From the NCBI RefSeq assembly GCF_004010195.1, contig NC_057751.1:4596161-4660160 (forward strand): a stretch of DNA of 64,000 nt, given 5' to 3'. Below, piece by piece: positions 12,601 to 23,069 of the stretch. A program made the position numbers and the translations under genes. The stretch is from Chiloscyllium plagiosum. Its lineage: Eukaryota. Under the pieces are notes generated by a model. It saw nothing but the letters and a program-made list of their open reading frames with translations, did not search any database and was not told the DNA's origin. Numbering within the stretch: the first letter of the stretch is position 1; each line of letters starts with the position of its first letter.

Positions 12601-14942
12601 GCTGCATCGTCCCCAGGTACCATGCATTCCCCCACAGACTGAGGAATTCTCGACCCTGGCCTTTAATCTTTGCAATGTTTGGGGACTCCAGAGCACTGAA
12701 GGCCCACAAGCCTGGGGTGAAGACTGTTCTCCTCATTGTAGTTCCAAATGTGGTGGTGGTGGGGGGACGCCCTAGCTGTGAGAGGGCACTCCCACCTTCT
12801 CCAGTCCCAGTGACTACCCCACCATGCCACCTCCTGAGCCACCAACCACCCTCCCATTCTCCCAAACTCCAGAGGGAACTGACCCATTTACACAGCCTTT
12901 CATCAGAGAACAGCCCCCCTCTTCCCAGGCTCCTAGCCAAATGAACAATATCGGAAAGGGCACACCAAATTCATCACTGATTTTTACAAATACACTCCTC
13001 AGAGAATCTGAACAGTCACAAACATCAATTGAATTGAATTTATTTATTGTCACATATTCCAAGACACAGTGAAAAGCTTTGTCTTGTGAACAAACCTCTA
13101 ATAGTCTGGTGTCACATTACACCACGCACACAAGGTACACCCTGGAGATATGGATTGCCTTTGTCTCCTGTTTGCTGATGATTAACCTAATAAGGATCAG
13201 TCCTCAACTCTCTGTCCCCCCTCCCTCTCTCTCCCCGACTTTCCTAACTTCATAAGATATTGGAGCAGAAATAGGCCATTCGGCCCATCGAATTTGATCT
13301 GCCATTCTGTCATGGCTGATAGGTTCCTCGCCCACATTTTCCTACCTGCCCTCCATATGCATTCAACCCATTACCCATTAAAAATCTATCTAACTCCTCC
13401 TTACATTTCCTCATTGTCCTAGCTTCCACCACACTTCATCGTAGCAAATTTCACAGACTCACACCCTTTGGGAGAAGTAGTTTCTCCTCAACTCTGTGAT
13501 TAGATGAAATTCCCTACAGTGTGGAAACAGGCCCTTCGGCCCAATAAGTCCACACTGACCCACCCAGACCCATTTCCCTCTGACTAATACACCTAACAAT
13601 ATGGGTAATTTAGCATGGCCAATCCACCCCAACTTGCACACCTTTGGATTGTGGGAGGAAACCAGAGCACCCGGAGGAAACCCACACAGAGACAGGGAGA
13701 ATGTGTAAACTCTACACAGACAGTTCCCTGAGGCTGGAATTGAACCCAGGTCCCTGGTGCTGTGAGGCAGCAGTGCCAACCACTGAGACACCATGCTGCC
13801 CCAAAACTCACTCAAACTAGGTAGGAGTCAAACCTACAATCTTCCAATCCGTAGTCAGATGTCTTATCCATGTGCGCCACAAGCCCACACATTTTAAAAT
13901 CTATTTATCTCCTACATTTGCTACCGTTATCCTCTCATCCTAGAATGTGCCACAAGTGGAGCATTGTTGAGGAGCAAGATGCTCCACGTATATTTTATCT
14001 ACACCTTTCTGTTCCCATCGCCCTCATTCCCCCACTCTCTGACCCCAGCCCCCTCAATCCTCCCCTCTCTATCCCCATCCCTCAACGTTTTCAAGGATTT
14101 CTCCTGCTAGAAGTCTGGCTCACTTGCTGCCCCTCTGTCACACTGCAATTGAAATCCTAAACGTTCACCGTGCAGGAGTGTTTCTGCTCCATGTTTATTC
14201 TGTGTTCACTATCCACATTCCCTGAGTGGGTCGACCCATCTAGCACAGTTCCCACATGAACCCAATCCATCTTCGAGCTGCTAAGCCTTGATCCAACCTC
14301 CTATCCACCGTCTCTGTTCACAGGATGGTACTGCTCAGGCACACAGGGCTATGTTCGTATTGTACACAACGACCCAAGGTTAGAAACTCAGCAGCGCACC
14401 AGTCAGTGTTGACAGATCTGGATTTGACAGGGGTTTGGCAAAACTCCACAAAGTCAGAAGCTGAAGTCAAGCTGCAACACCACAGGAAATTACTGCTTTG
14501 GCCAGAGCTGACAGTGAGCCAGCAATGCTGCTGCAGGTACTATGGTCATCGAAACCAGAGGCTCCCTCCACATCACTCTGACTGACTGACTGTAAGAGTG
14601 CTCTCAAAGCTCTGAGGGTGGCAAGCAAGACTGCAAGAGTCCACACTCACAAACTCTGAGATGTGGGGAAGACAGGTTCACGCTTGGCTATGATGCTGGT
14701 GCAGCCAAATAGCCCACTGTTCGTCCTCACTACTTCAGCTGGTAGTTACTTGCTCAAAGGACCAGAGGGAGATTCATGTTTCCCACAATCAAGCTTCAGC
14801 CCGCTCACCCTAAAAGGTACTCAGCAAATTCACTTCAAATGAGCAGCTGAGTATCACTCAGCCAGGGGTGAAGAAACTTACCAAACTCTGCAGCAATGGA
14901 ACACAGGAGCAGAAAACGCACCAAACAGCTGGGGTCAACCAT
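593..14942 (-). CDS. ADAM8/ADAM28-like disintegrin and metalloproteinase, coding exons 1-7 (partial; continues left of window)
   Basis: Manual splice of 14882-14942, 11119-11210, 10559-10635, 10297-10375, 2788-2864, 2406-2589, 593-655 gives one open frame: MVDPSCLVRFLLLCSIAAEFAILAASKLPDVQNYQVVIPRRLHTKHRRTSEGLHPSVIQFEVPVDGKEQVVHLEKNEQLIANNYSETYYLKDGTEVTSNPLYPDHCYYHGYIKGEGGSSASFSTCEGFSGYLHTNGQRYVLEPLKGSDKDEHALYLYEELRLPLKTCGVVNTSEDSLEPRVEETFNSPRERNNFLREKKYIEVYVVADNSE. All six complete introns are GT-AG with compatible phases; reprolysin prodomain motifs present. Paralog identity unresolved. Confidence 0.95.
1350..1565 (+). mobile_element. V-SINE/HE1-like SINE, 5'-truncated
   Basis: Core gtgggtttcctccgggtgctccggtttcctcccaca, LINE-like tail ending in (ctaat)n. 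Confidence 0.85.
1725..2303 (+). mobile_element. LINE 3' fragment (L2/CR1 group)
   Basis: Degenerate RT C-terminal coding plus 3'UTR; related copy at 32100-32345. Confidence 0.7.
2406..2589 (-). CDS. ADAM exon 6 (prodomain end, cysteine switch)
   Basis: tttttcccag acceptor, GYLHTNGQRYVLEPL...EHALY...KTCGV...FNSPRE, donor GAG|GTACTC; 184 nt. Confidence 0.95.
2788..2864 (-). CDS. ADAM exon 5 (prodomain, DHCYYHG motif)
   Basis: ccag acceptor, DHCYYHGYIKGEGGSSASFSTCEGF(S), donor AG|GTAAGA; 77 nt. Confidence 0.96.
3768..4258 (-). mobile_element. CR1/L2-type LINE 3' end
   Basis: ORF 3777-4217 ...LNRLGLFSLKRRRLKGDLIEVY...FFTQRVVRVRNELPEEVV, typical CR1 ORF2 C-terminus. Confidence 0.9.
4470..4635 (-). 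mobile_element. SINE-like repeat of a second family (related copies 17150-17540, 39430-39720, 60990-61300)
   Basis: Shared motif ccacattgctgtgggtctg...tttccttcc...gatggg among four loci; tail resembles the 3' end of the LINE at 1725-2303. Confidence 0.65.
4732..4953. mobile_element. Penelope-like-derived palindromic insertion (inverted pseudo-LTRs) with 15 bp TSD
   Basis: 93 bp arms 4732-4824 / 4829-4921 with one mismatch, 4 nt loop, ~30 nt tail; direct repeat ctgtgtatatatgca at 4719-4733 and 4952-4966. Confidence 0.85.
5113..5843 (+). mobile_element. CR1-type LINE 3' portion
   Basis: RDLG...LYRTLVRPLLEYCVQFWSP...LERRRLRGDLIEV, in-frame stop at 5488, 3'UTR with short tandem tail. Confidence 0.92.
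6181..10192. repeat. 47 bp minisatellite in ADAM intron 4 (gap 8861-9047)
   Basis: Unit gatcacagaccgtatcccactcagacccatatcccactgtgcctatc repeated over ~4 kb. Confidence 0.97.
10297..10375 (-). CDS. ADAM exon 4 (prodomain)
   Basis: ttcacag acceptor, QLIANNYSETYYLKDGTEVTSNPLYP, donor GTGAGT; 79 nt. Confidence 0.95.
10559..10635 (-). CDS. ADAM exon 3 (prodomain)
   Basis: ggcag acceptor, GLHPSVIQFEVPVDGKEQVVHLEKN(E), donor GTAAGT; 77 nt. Confidence 0.95.
11119..11210 (-). CDS. ADAM exon 2 (prodomain start)
   Basis: ttcacag acceptor, (A)ILAASKLPDVQNYQVVIPRRLHTKHRRTSE, donor GAG|GTACTG; 92 nt. Confidence 0.93.
11280..11490 (+). mobile_element. Old solo-LTR-like element
   Basis: Similar to 31638-31866 (ctgttaatctgg..aatcaggga..., gtaaata...gggatacc..tctct...ca). 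Confidence 0.5.
11609..12412. repeat. (CAGCA)n pentanucleotide-based repeat in ADAM intron 1
   Basis: Degenerate CAGCA units; gagtccagcttagcatagtat block recurs at 85-90 bp spacing. Confidence 0.95.
13499..13802 (-). mobile_element. Full-length tRNA-derived V-SINE/HE1-like SINE
   Basis: Minus strand begins ggggcagcatggtgtctcagtggttggca (A box-like), ggttcaattcc (B box), V-domain core, LINE-like tail; abuts a LINE fragment at ~13250-13495. Confidence 0.9.
14882..14942 (-). CDS. ADAM coding exon 1 (signal peptide)
   Basis: ATG at 14942, MVDPSCLVRFLLLCSIAAEF, hydrophobic core, donor G|GTAAGT, phase 1 matches exon 2. Confidence 0.85.
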
Positions 14943-15200
14943 GCTTCACCTGTCCGAGGCAACACACAGTACCTCCTGCTGCCTCTGCTGTGTTGTTTTG
15001 GCTGGACTATACTCCCTTCCTGTCAGCGCTTCCTCATTCTGCAGACTGGCTGTTTGTTTCAACATGCAAACCCAAAGAGGAGGAGGAGGAGGAGGAGGAG
15101 CAGTATCATTGCGCAAGGAGAGAATTTGTGTTTAATTACAGAGCTGGAGTTGAAAGTTACTAACCCTGGCAAATATAAACTTTGCTGGAAATTCAGAAGG
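14943..15200 (-). promoter_or_regulatory. Putative 5'UTR/proximal promoter of the ADAM gene
   Basis: Non-repetitive DNA upstream of the ATG with an ETS/PU.1-like AATGAGGAAG (minus, 15029-15038), a (GAG)n tract (15077-15100) and a C/EBP-like ATTGCGCAAG (15108-15117). Motif match only. Confidence 0.5.
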
Positions 15201-15314
15201 CAGAATTTGATGGAGGGGGCACAATCCAATCTGTTTAGCCCTGATTTTCAACAATGACTTTTCAACCTGTCTGTCAAAGTCATCCCAGCAACCCCCTCAG
15301 CTGGGTCCCATCTC

Positions 15315-16120
15315 ATAGAGTCAGACCAGGCTAACCAGAATCCCAAACCTAATCTAGCCCAACCTGCCTGCTCCTGGCCCCTATCCCTCCAAACCTGTTA
15401 TTCACGTACATATCCAAAAGTCTTTTAAACATTGTAATTTCATAGAATCCCCAGAGCATGGAAACAGGCCATTCAGCCCCAAATGGACCAGCATCAACCA
15501 CTTCCTCAGGAAGCTCATTTCACACATGAACCATCCACAGTTTCAAAATTTTCCCCACATGTCTTTTTAAAACCACACTCCTCTCACCTTAAAAAACTGC
15601 ATCGCAGTCTTGAAATCCTTCATTCTAGGAAAAAGACAACTACCGTTAACTCAATCTGCACCCCTCATTATTTTATAAACTTCCATTAGTTCGCCTATTG
15701 ACCTTCTACAATCCAGTGAAAAAGGTCCCAGCCTATCTTCATAACTCAAACCTTCCATACCGGGCAACATGAGAATCATAGAATCCTTGCAGTGCAGAAA
15801 CAGGCCACTCAGCCCATCAAGTCTGCACTGGTTGTCCAAAAAGCATCCCACCCAGTTCTACCACGACCACCCTGTCCCTGAGAGGTCATCCGATCATCTG
15901 CAATTGCCTCAGCAGAAGGCAGGGCACTGTTGATGGGTCATTGAGTCATATAGCACAGAAGCAGACCTTTTGGTCTAACTCATCCATCCTGACCCAGTTT
16001 TCTAAACTGAGCTGGGCCCATTTGCCTGCATTTGGTCCATATCCCTCCAAACCTTTCCTACAAGTGTCCCTGCCCAGATGTCTGCATCCACCATTTCCTC
16101 TGGCAGCTTGTTCTACCAGA
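15315..16120 (-). mobile_element. Cluster of CR1-type LINE 3' fragments
   Basis: GLSYEDRLGPFSLDCRR...EVYKIMRG and LEGYGPNAGKW remnants. Confidence 0.75.
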
Positions 16121-16659
16121 GATACCGTGCCATTTGAACAGGTCTCACTTTTCAAAATCCCTGAGCTGCAGTAACAATGCATAGATAGAGGGACACGGCA
16201 GGGCCCGGTGCTTAGTGAGGCCTGGCCTCAAGCAAATATTGCCCATGCACACAACACTGATAAATCCGCCTCATCTATGGAACAAACCCGTTCTACAACA
16301 TGGCTGTACACTCAATGTGCCCTCCTCCCTGGCCCCAGGTCAATGTGTCAGCTCATGCACTCACACTTTCTGACAATGACCTGAATAGAGAGGGAGTAAT
16401 ATACCAATTCCTGAGACATGTAATGACCTTACTGGCAACATCATAATAGACCAGGAACAGCTTATGAAACATTTTCTGCCACAGTTAATGATCTTGATTT
16501 TGCTCTTCAACAGCCTGAGGGGTTTATCATTCATACTTTCCACAATATCATTGATAATTGATGGGCAAATTCAACACAATGTGAGTAATCAGCAAAACGC
16601 CAGAACATAATTGCGTTGACAATACAACAAAGATGGTCCCATTATAAACAACTGGAATC

Positions 16660-16970
16660 ATCGAATCCCAAGCAGACTCTTTGGCCCATCAGGTCCACAC
16701 CGACCCTTGGAAAAGCATCTCACCTAGATCCACTTCCTTATCCCTGTAGCCCTGCATTTCCCATGGTGAACGCACCTAACCTTCATATCCCTGGACACTA
16801 TGGGCAATTTAGCACAGCCAATCCACCTAACCTGCACATCTTTGGACTGTGGGAGGAAACCAGAGCACCCAGAGAAAACCCACACAGACATGGGGAGAAT
16901 GTGCAAACTCCACAGAACCTGGGTCTGTGGTGCTGTGACGCAGCAGCACTAAAACTAAACCACTGTGGCA
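16660..16970 (-). mobile_element. V-SINE/HE1-like SINE
   Basis: ctgcacatctttggactgtgggaggaaaccagagcacc...gggagaatgtgcaaactccaca core. Confidence 0.85.
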
Positions 16971-18077
16971 CCCTGAAAGTGAGGCTATAATCTTGATGAT
17001 GTGTGTGAACACACCACACGGTTCATTAACTTTCTCAGTTCCTTTTCCCTGGTAAATATTCAGCTGACAAAGGCAGATACGACTGCTGCTCTGTGTGTCA
17101 CACAGCTTCGTTGACAAATCTCAATATGGACTCTTCCTCTGAATGGCAATGAATCCCATCGTTGCTGGCAAGACAGTATTTGTTGCCCATCCCTAATTGA
17201 ACAGAGGGCAATTCAAAGTCAGCCACCTTGCTATGGGTGTGGAGTGACATGGAGGCCAGACTGTTGAAGGATGACAGTTTCCTTCCCTACAGGACCTTAG
17301 TGAACCAGATGGGCTTTTCCTGATAATCCACAACAGTTTCACGGTCATCATTAGACTCTTAATTCCAGATTATTTAATTAAATTGAAATTCCACCATCTT
17401 CCACGGCGGAATTTGATCTGGAATTCATGGGTACTCAACTTTTAACAAGTTCAAATTCCACCACAATTCGATTTGAACCAGGTCCGCACAGCATGAGCTG
17501 GGTCTCCAGGTTTGTAGTCAAAGGACAATACCACTGGGCCATCGGCACCACTGGGCCATCAGCACCACTGGGCCATCAGCACTCTTCCAGTGATATTCAG
17601 GACCCCTTGAGTTGATCACCCACACATATCAGCAATGCACCAATATTCTTTCCTAAGCTTTCTAAGTCCTCATCTGCTGCTCAGGCCAGTCCATGAGAGT
17701 CAGATAAGAGAAGAAGCCAACAAAAGCAACAGCTCAAATTGCCTCAGTGCCTGGCCTGATACACTCCCATGATTCTTTACTGAGACAGAAACCTTCTGCT
17801 GCTGTCCATGTCCTGTGCAAGAAGAGTGAAGAGCTGTGAAGGGCAACTTCCACTATCTTGTTTCTCACTGCCCACAAATGCAAAAAGCTGGTCTTGTGCA
17901 GGATGAGTGAACTAATCAGGAGACTGCAAGGTCAGCCAGTCACGTGTAGCTGATTTTCCTGGCTTTGATCCAGCACCCTGTGCTGAACAGCAGGAAAGAA
18001 TAGCCACAGGTGGGACCAGAAGTGAACAGGATGTCTGCAGGTACTCACAGCCCGAGATAACACAGACCAGCATCTCA

Positions 18078-18515
18078 AAGACAATAAGGACGGCAGATGT
18101 TGTAAGTCAGAGTCAATAGATGTGAAGCTGGAAAAGCACAGCAGGTCAGACTGCACCCAAGGAGCAGGAAAGTCAACATTTCAGGCCGAGCCCCTATGTC
18201 CTGATGAAGGGTTTCAATCCAAAACGTTGATTTTCCAGCTCCTCAGACGCTGCCTGACCTGCTGCTTCTCAACGTGCAGGGAGCAGCAATGGCTTAAAGC
18301 ACAAGATAAAGCACTGACCACAATACCACGAAATAAAACCAAGCACTGCAGATACTGGAAATCGGAAACAAAAATACAGACTGCCGCAGAAACTCATCAA
18401 GCCTGGCAACATCCACAGACAGAAAGTAGACAAAGGGTCACTGGACTTCAAGTGTGAATGCTGTTTTTCTCTCTACAGATACTGCCAGACCTGTTGAGTT
18501 TTTCCAGCAATTTTT
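18078..18515. mobile_element. Two degenerate Penelope-like inverted-repeat elements
   Basis: ctgatgaagggtttcaatccaaaacgttg motif flanked by inverted ggaaagtcaac/gttgattttcc; second imperfect hairpin ~18340-18515. Confidence 0.65.
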
Positions 18516-18789
18516 GGATGACACAACCCTCTTCCCAAGTTCAGCGTTGGGGGCTCAGCAATGAGGACAGACCACGTGGACAAGGCATGTTACGGTAAGA
18601 CATGGGAACATGCACACGTGAGCCTGTGTGTGTGTATTTGTGTGTGTGAGAGAGAGAGAGGGGTACAGAAACATACAGAGAGGTAGAGATGCAACATGCA
18701 CGTGTGAGCTTGACTATGCCTGTCACATATTTAGTGAGCTGATGACACCATCAGTCAGAGCTACACAGACAGAGAAAAGTTGGATGACC

Positions 18790-20100
18790 ACTCCGATGAT
18801 GTTTAAGTCTGGGAAGGCAGTGCAAGAGTCCCCTGTGGCCATTCTCCCCTCAAATAGGAAAACTGTTTTGGATATTGTTGGGGGTCTGGTCTCTCAAGGG
18901 AAAGCAGTAGCAGCAGCCAAATTAGTGGCATCCTGAGTGTACAGCACAAAGGATCAAAGTGTAGATGATCTGTAGTGATAGAGGACTCTATAGTCAGGGG
19001 CACACATGCATGTTTCGGTGACCGCGGGCAAAACTCCAGAATATGCGTTGCCTCCACGGTGTCAGAGTCAAGGATGTCTCTGAGCATGTACAGGATATTC
19101 TGAAAGCGGAGGGTGAGCAGCCAGATGTTGTAGTATATATTGGTACTAACGATACAGGTAGTATCAGAGAGACAAAGTCCTCCAAAGAGAGTTCAGGGAG
19201 TCAGGCAGCAAGTTGGAAAGCAGAGCCTCTAGGTTTGTAATCTCTGGATTACTCCCTGTGCCACGTGCCAGTGATGCCAGGAATAGGAAGATAGTATGAT
19301 TAAATATGTGGCTAAAGAGCTGTGATCAGAGGGAGGGTTTCAGGAATATAGATCACTGGCGTGTCTTTGGGAGCAGGAGGGTCCTATACGAGAAGGAAGA
19401 GTTGCACCTAAACTATCCTGCCAGGGAGGTTTGCTAGTGCCACTCAGGAGAGTTTAAACTAGAGTGGAAGGGTGCGGGAACCAGAGCAGGAGGCCAGCAA
19501 GTGAACTGACTGAGGAGGAGTCAGACAGTAAGGCCAGTAAGGTTGAGAGAGGAAGAACAGATAGGAAGATGTTAGTGAACATGATCAGAGTGGTGGTCTG
19601 AGTTGTATTTGTTTTAATGTGAGGAGTTAGAACAGGTAAGACAGATGAACTTAGTGCTTGGATTAGTACGTATAACCACAATGTTGTAGCTATTACAGAG
19701 ACTTGGTTGAGAGAGTGACAAGAGTGGCTTCAGGAGTGATAGAGAAGGCTGGAAAAGGGGTGGGTGAGCCCAGACAAACTTGGTTTGTTTTCATTGGACA
19801 TTGAAGGATGAGGGAGAAGAAAGAGGTTTATAAAATTATGAGTGGCGTGGACAGTCAGAGTCTTTTTCCCAGGTAGAAATGTCAATTAGGAGAAGACATA
19901 GCTTTAAGGTAAAAAAGGGGATAAGTTTTGAAAGGAGATGTGAGAGGTATGTTTTTCACACAGAGGGTGGAATGTGTTGCCAGACGATGTGATGGAAGCA
20001 GACACACCAGTAACACTAAAGAGGCATGGCTTCAGAAACACCAACAGGCAGAGAATGGAAGGCTACAGTCTATGGAGAGGCAAAAGGGTTTTACATTAGA
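18790..20100 (+). mobile_element. Internally deleted CR1 LINE: ORF1 SGNH-esterase remnant, start of APE, 3' end
   Basis: VVIEDSIVRGT, RVKDVSEHVQDILKAEGEQPDVVVYIGTND (SGNH blocks), then VVAITETWL (APE) and FFTQRV. Confidence 0.85.
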
Positions 20101-20279
20101 AAGCCTCGATGTCTTGGTACAGGAGAAATAAGGAGAACATGCATGTGTGAGCCTCTCTGTGTTTGTATAACAGTCTGGAGAAATGTGTGTGCGTAGATGA
20201 TATAAAGAGAGATAGAGAGCAAGAACAGGCATGTGTGAGCCTGTCTTTCTTTGTATAGCAATGTGGATAGATGAGAGAA

Positions 20280-20480
20280 ATTGTGTGTATGTCTGTCTGT
20301 GTGTATGCTGTGTGCATGTGAGAATACTTATCTGTGTGAGTGTGTGTGTGAGCATGTGATGGTGTGTGGTGTGTGAGATCTGTGTGTCAGAGTGGACATG
20401 TAAGTAAATGTGTGAAGTATGTGTGAGGGTGTGTGAGTGTGAGAGACAGAGAGTGTGTGTGTGTGTGTGTACGTGTGTGA
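20280..20480. repeat. Degenerate (TG)n microsatellite
   Basis: Directly visible. Confidence 0.9.
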
Positions 20481-21232
20481 GCACAGCCTTGTACGTGATG
20501 CCTATCCACAGGTACATGTACAAGGGGAGAGGCCGACAGGACTGAGCCACAGAGCAATGTTATGACCCTGCTGCAGCTGACTGCCTGAAATGTGACGTTT
20601 GACAGTCAAAGTCCTCCATGATTTAATCACTGATAGTCTGACCACATAGCTCAGCTCAGCAGCAGGAAATGTAAACCACCAGAAAAATACAACCAAAGCT
20701 TCCTTCTGCTATGACACACTGTGACTGCAGAGTTCCAATTCTCAATCTGCTTTGTCATCTGAGATGAATCATGGGCTTTATATCTTGTACAGTGCCTTTC
20801 TTTTCTTAGGTAAGGAAGGAGGAAGTTAGAGCTTTGAGGGGGTGTTTAAGACTGGCAAGTCACGTAGGGAGAAACAAACAAACCAGCTACTTATAAGAGG
20901 GAAAAGAGAGCCAGCAGATTTCCCTCCTACTTGAGCACTGATTCACAATGCATAGAATGGCATTGTCTCACTGAGAATGAAATGACCAGGGATTGCCTGG
21001 CCCAGGAGAACTGGCTGGTAATAGAAATGGCGGGTGGTGTGAGGGAACTGCAGCTAAATGGGCATGCTGAATGAATGAGAGCAGGATACAGAGCTGTGGA
21101 GACAGGCCCAAGAGAACAATGATGCTGACAGGGCTGAGGAAAGATAATGCTGATTTAAACAGCAACAGCAACACTGATGCCTCTGAAACACCCTGCAGTC
21201 AGTAGGCCATTCAGTCCATCGAACTTGCTCTG

Positions 21233-22207
21233 CCATTTGATCCTATCATGGCTGATCTCCTCTCAGTCCTCGCTCCACTGTCCCACCCTCTTCCCATAGC
21301 CCGTCAAGCCGTTAATCGTTAAAACTCTCTCTGTTTTGTCCTTAAATTTATTCACTGTCCTAGCATCCAATGCACATATTCACAGTCCTTTGAAAGAGGA
21401 GATTTATCCTCATCTCCGTTTTAAATCTGCTGCCCCTTCTCCGAAAATGATGACCTCTCGTTCTAGAGGAAACATCCACTTGGTCAATCACCTTTAGAAT
21501 TTTATGTACCTCAGTCAGATCTCCTCTCTTTGTTCCAAACCCATCAAAGCGGGTCCCTGATACACATATGAATGTTCATTCTTACAAGCACAGTCCTATG
21601 CAGGGTTGTCATGTTAAAGAGCTGACATATGAACATTTCCTGAACTTACCAACAGTTGTTTGATATTGTCCTGTCTGGTGTTCCAACTAGTATACAAATG
21701 AACTTGTCAATCACCTCCAGGAATGAGCCTGTCCACAGCCCTAGGGCTGCCTGTATAGGCCTAAGGTGCACAATCTCTCTTCAGAAGGCAAGCCCCTGAG
21801 CTCTGGAATCAATCTGGTGAACCTCCTCTGAACTGAGTGCAATGCAACTACATCCCTCCTCAACGAAGAGGGAACAAAGGCAGAATGAGAGTGCATGGGG
21901 AGGCAGGCAAATCGAGAGACCTTGTTCTTAGAAGAGAGATGAAGATTGAAAGTAACCTTCAGATTGAAGATCATACTGAGGTGGAGCTCAACAGAGTGGT
22001 CAGAGAGTCATAGATCTGTACGGCACAAAAACAGACCATTTGGTCCAACTCATCCACACCGACCAGACTTAACCCATATCCCTCTAAACTCTCCCTATTC
22101 ATATCTCCATCCAGATGCCTTTTAAATGTTGTAATTGTACCAGCTTCCACCACTTCCTCTGGCAGCTCATTCCATACACGTACCACCCTCTGTGTGAAAA
22201 GGTTGCT
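21233..22207. repeat. Left copy of ~970 bp inverted duplication (partner 48356-49322)
   Basis: Reverse complement nearly identical; ORF track shows the same 77 aa peptide at 21741-21974(-) and within 48323-48814(+). Confidence 0.95.
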
Positions 22208-22650
22208 CCTTTGGTCCCTGTTAAATCTGTCCCCTCTCACCCTAAACCTATGCCCTCTAGTTCTAGACTCCCTGACGCCAGGGAAAAGACTTTGTCTATT
22301 TACCCTATCCATGCCCCTCATGATTTTATAAACCACTGTAAGGTCACCCCTCAGCCTCCGACGCGCCAGGGAATACATCACCAGCCTATTCAGCCTCTCC
22401 CTTTAGCTCAAATCCTCCAACTTTGGCAAAATCCTTATAAATCTATTGTGAACCCTTGCAGGTTTCACAACATCTTTCCTCTTGGAAGATCAGATTTGCA
22501 TGAAGTATTCCAAAAGTGGGCTCAGCAATATCCTGTACAGCTCCACCATGACCTCCCAACCCCCATACTCAATACAGTGACTAATGAAAGCAAGTGCACA
22601 ACAGCTTCTTCAGCCACCCTGTCTACCTGCAACTCCACTTTCAAGGAATT
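21995..22650 (-). mobile_element. CR1-type LINE 3' portion
   Basis: ORF 21971-22381 RRRLRGDLTVVYKIMRG...FTQRVVRVWNELPEEVV. Confidence 0.9.
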
Positions 22651-23069
22651 ATCACCGGGAAAGGGAAACAAATGACAGGAAATGAAAGAGAGATAGAACA
22701 ATAGCTTCCAGATCTGGGGTAGTTGAGCAAAGAGGAGCTGAGGGTGACCAGAACACTATTAAATGGTGCAGCATGGTCTTCTGCTTTCATTTCCTGTGTT
22801 CATCATAAATGCCCCATGCCCACCTATCTCACTAGGACACTCACATCCAGATCCAGTGATGGAAGGGGGCACTGACAGAATTACAATTAGCTTTATTGTC
22901 ACATGTACTCACATAACTACAGTGCAAGGTTTCCAAGTCACTGCATTACAGCGCCATCTTCGTACCAACTACAAATTCTAAGGGACAAACAAAGAGAAAA
23001 ATTTAAAGAAGCAAAAAGTGCAGAATAACACTCCGTCCTGTCCAGTCCATGGTGGCAACTCGTCTCCGT

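Noticed and set aside
13730..13802. tRNA gene
   Set aside because: A/B boxes belong to a tRNA-derived SINE head; no complete cloverleaf evident.
18049..18073. Alternative ADAM first exon MLVCVISG with GTGAGT donor
   Set aside because: Too short for a signal peptide and abuts a repeat; 14882-14942 fits better.
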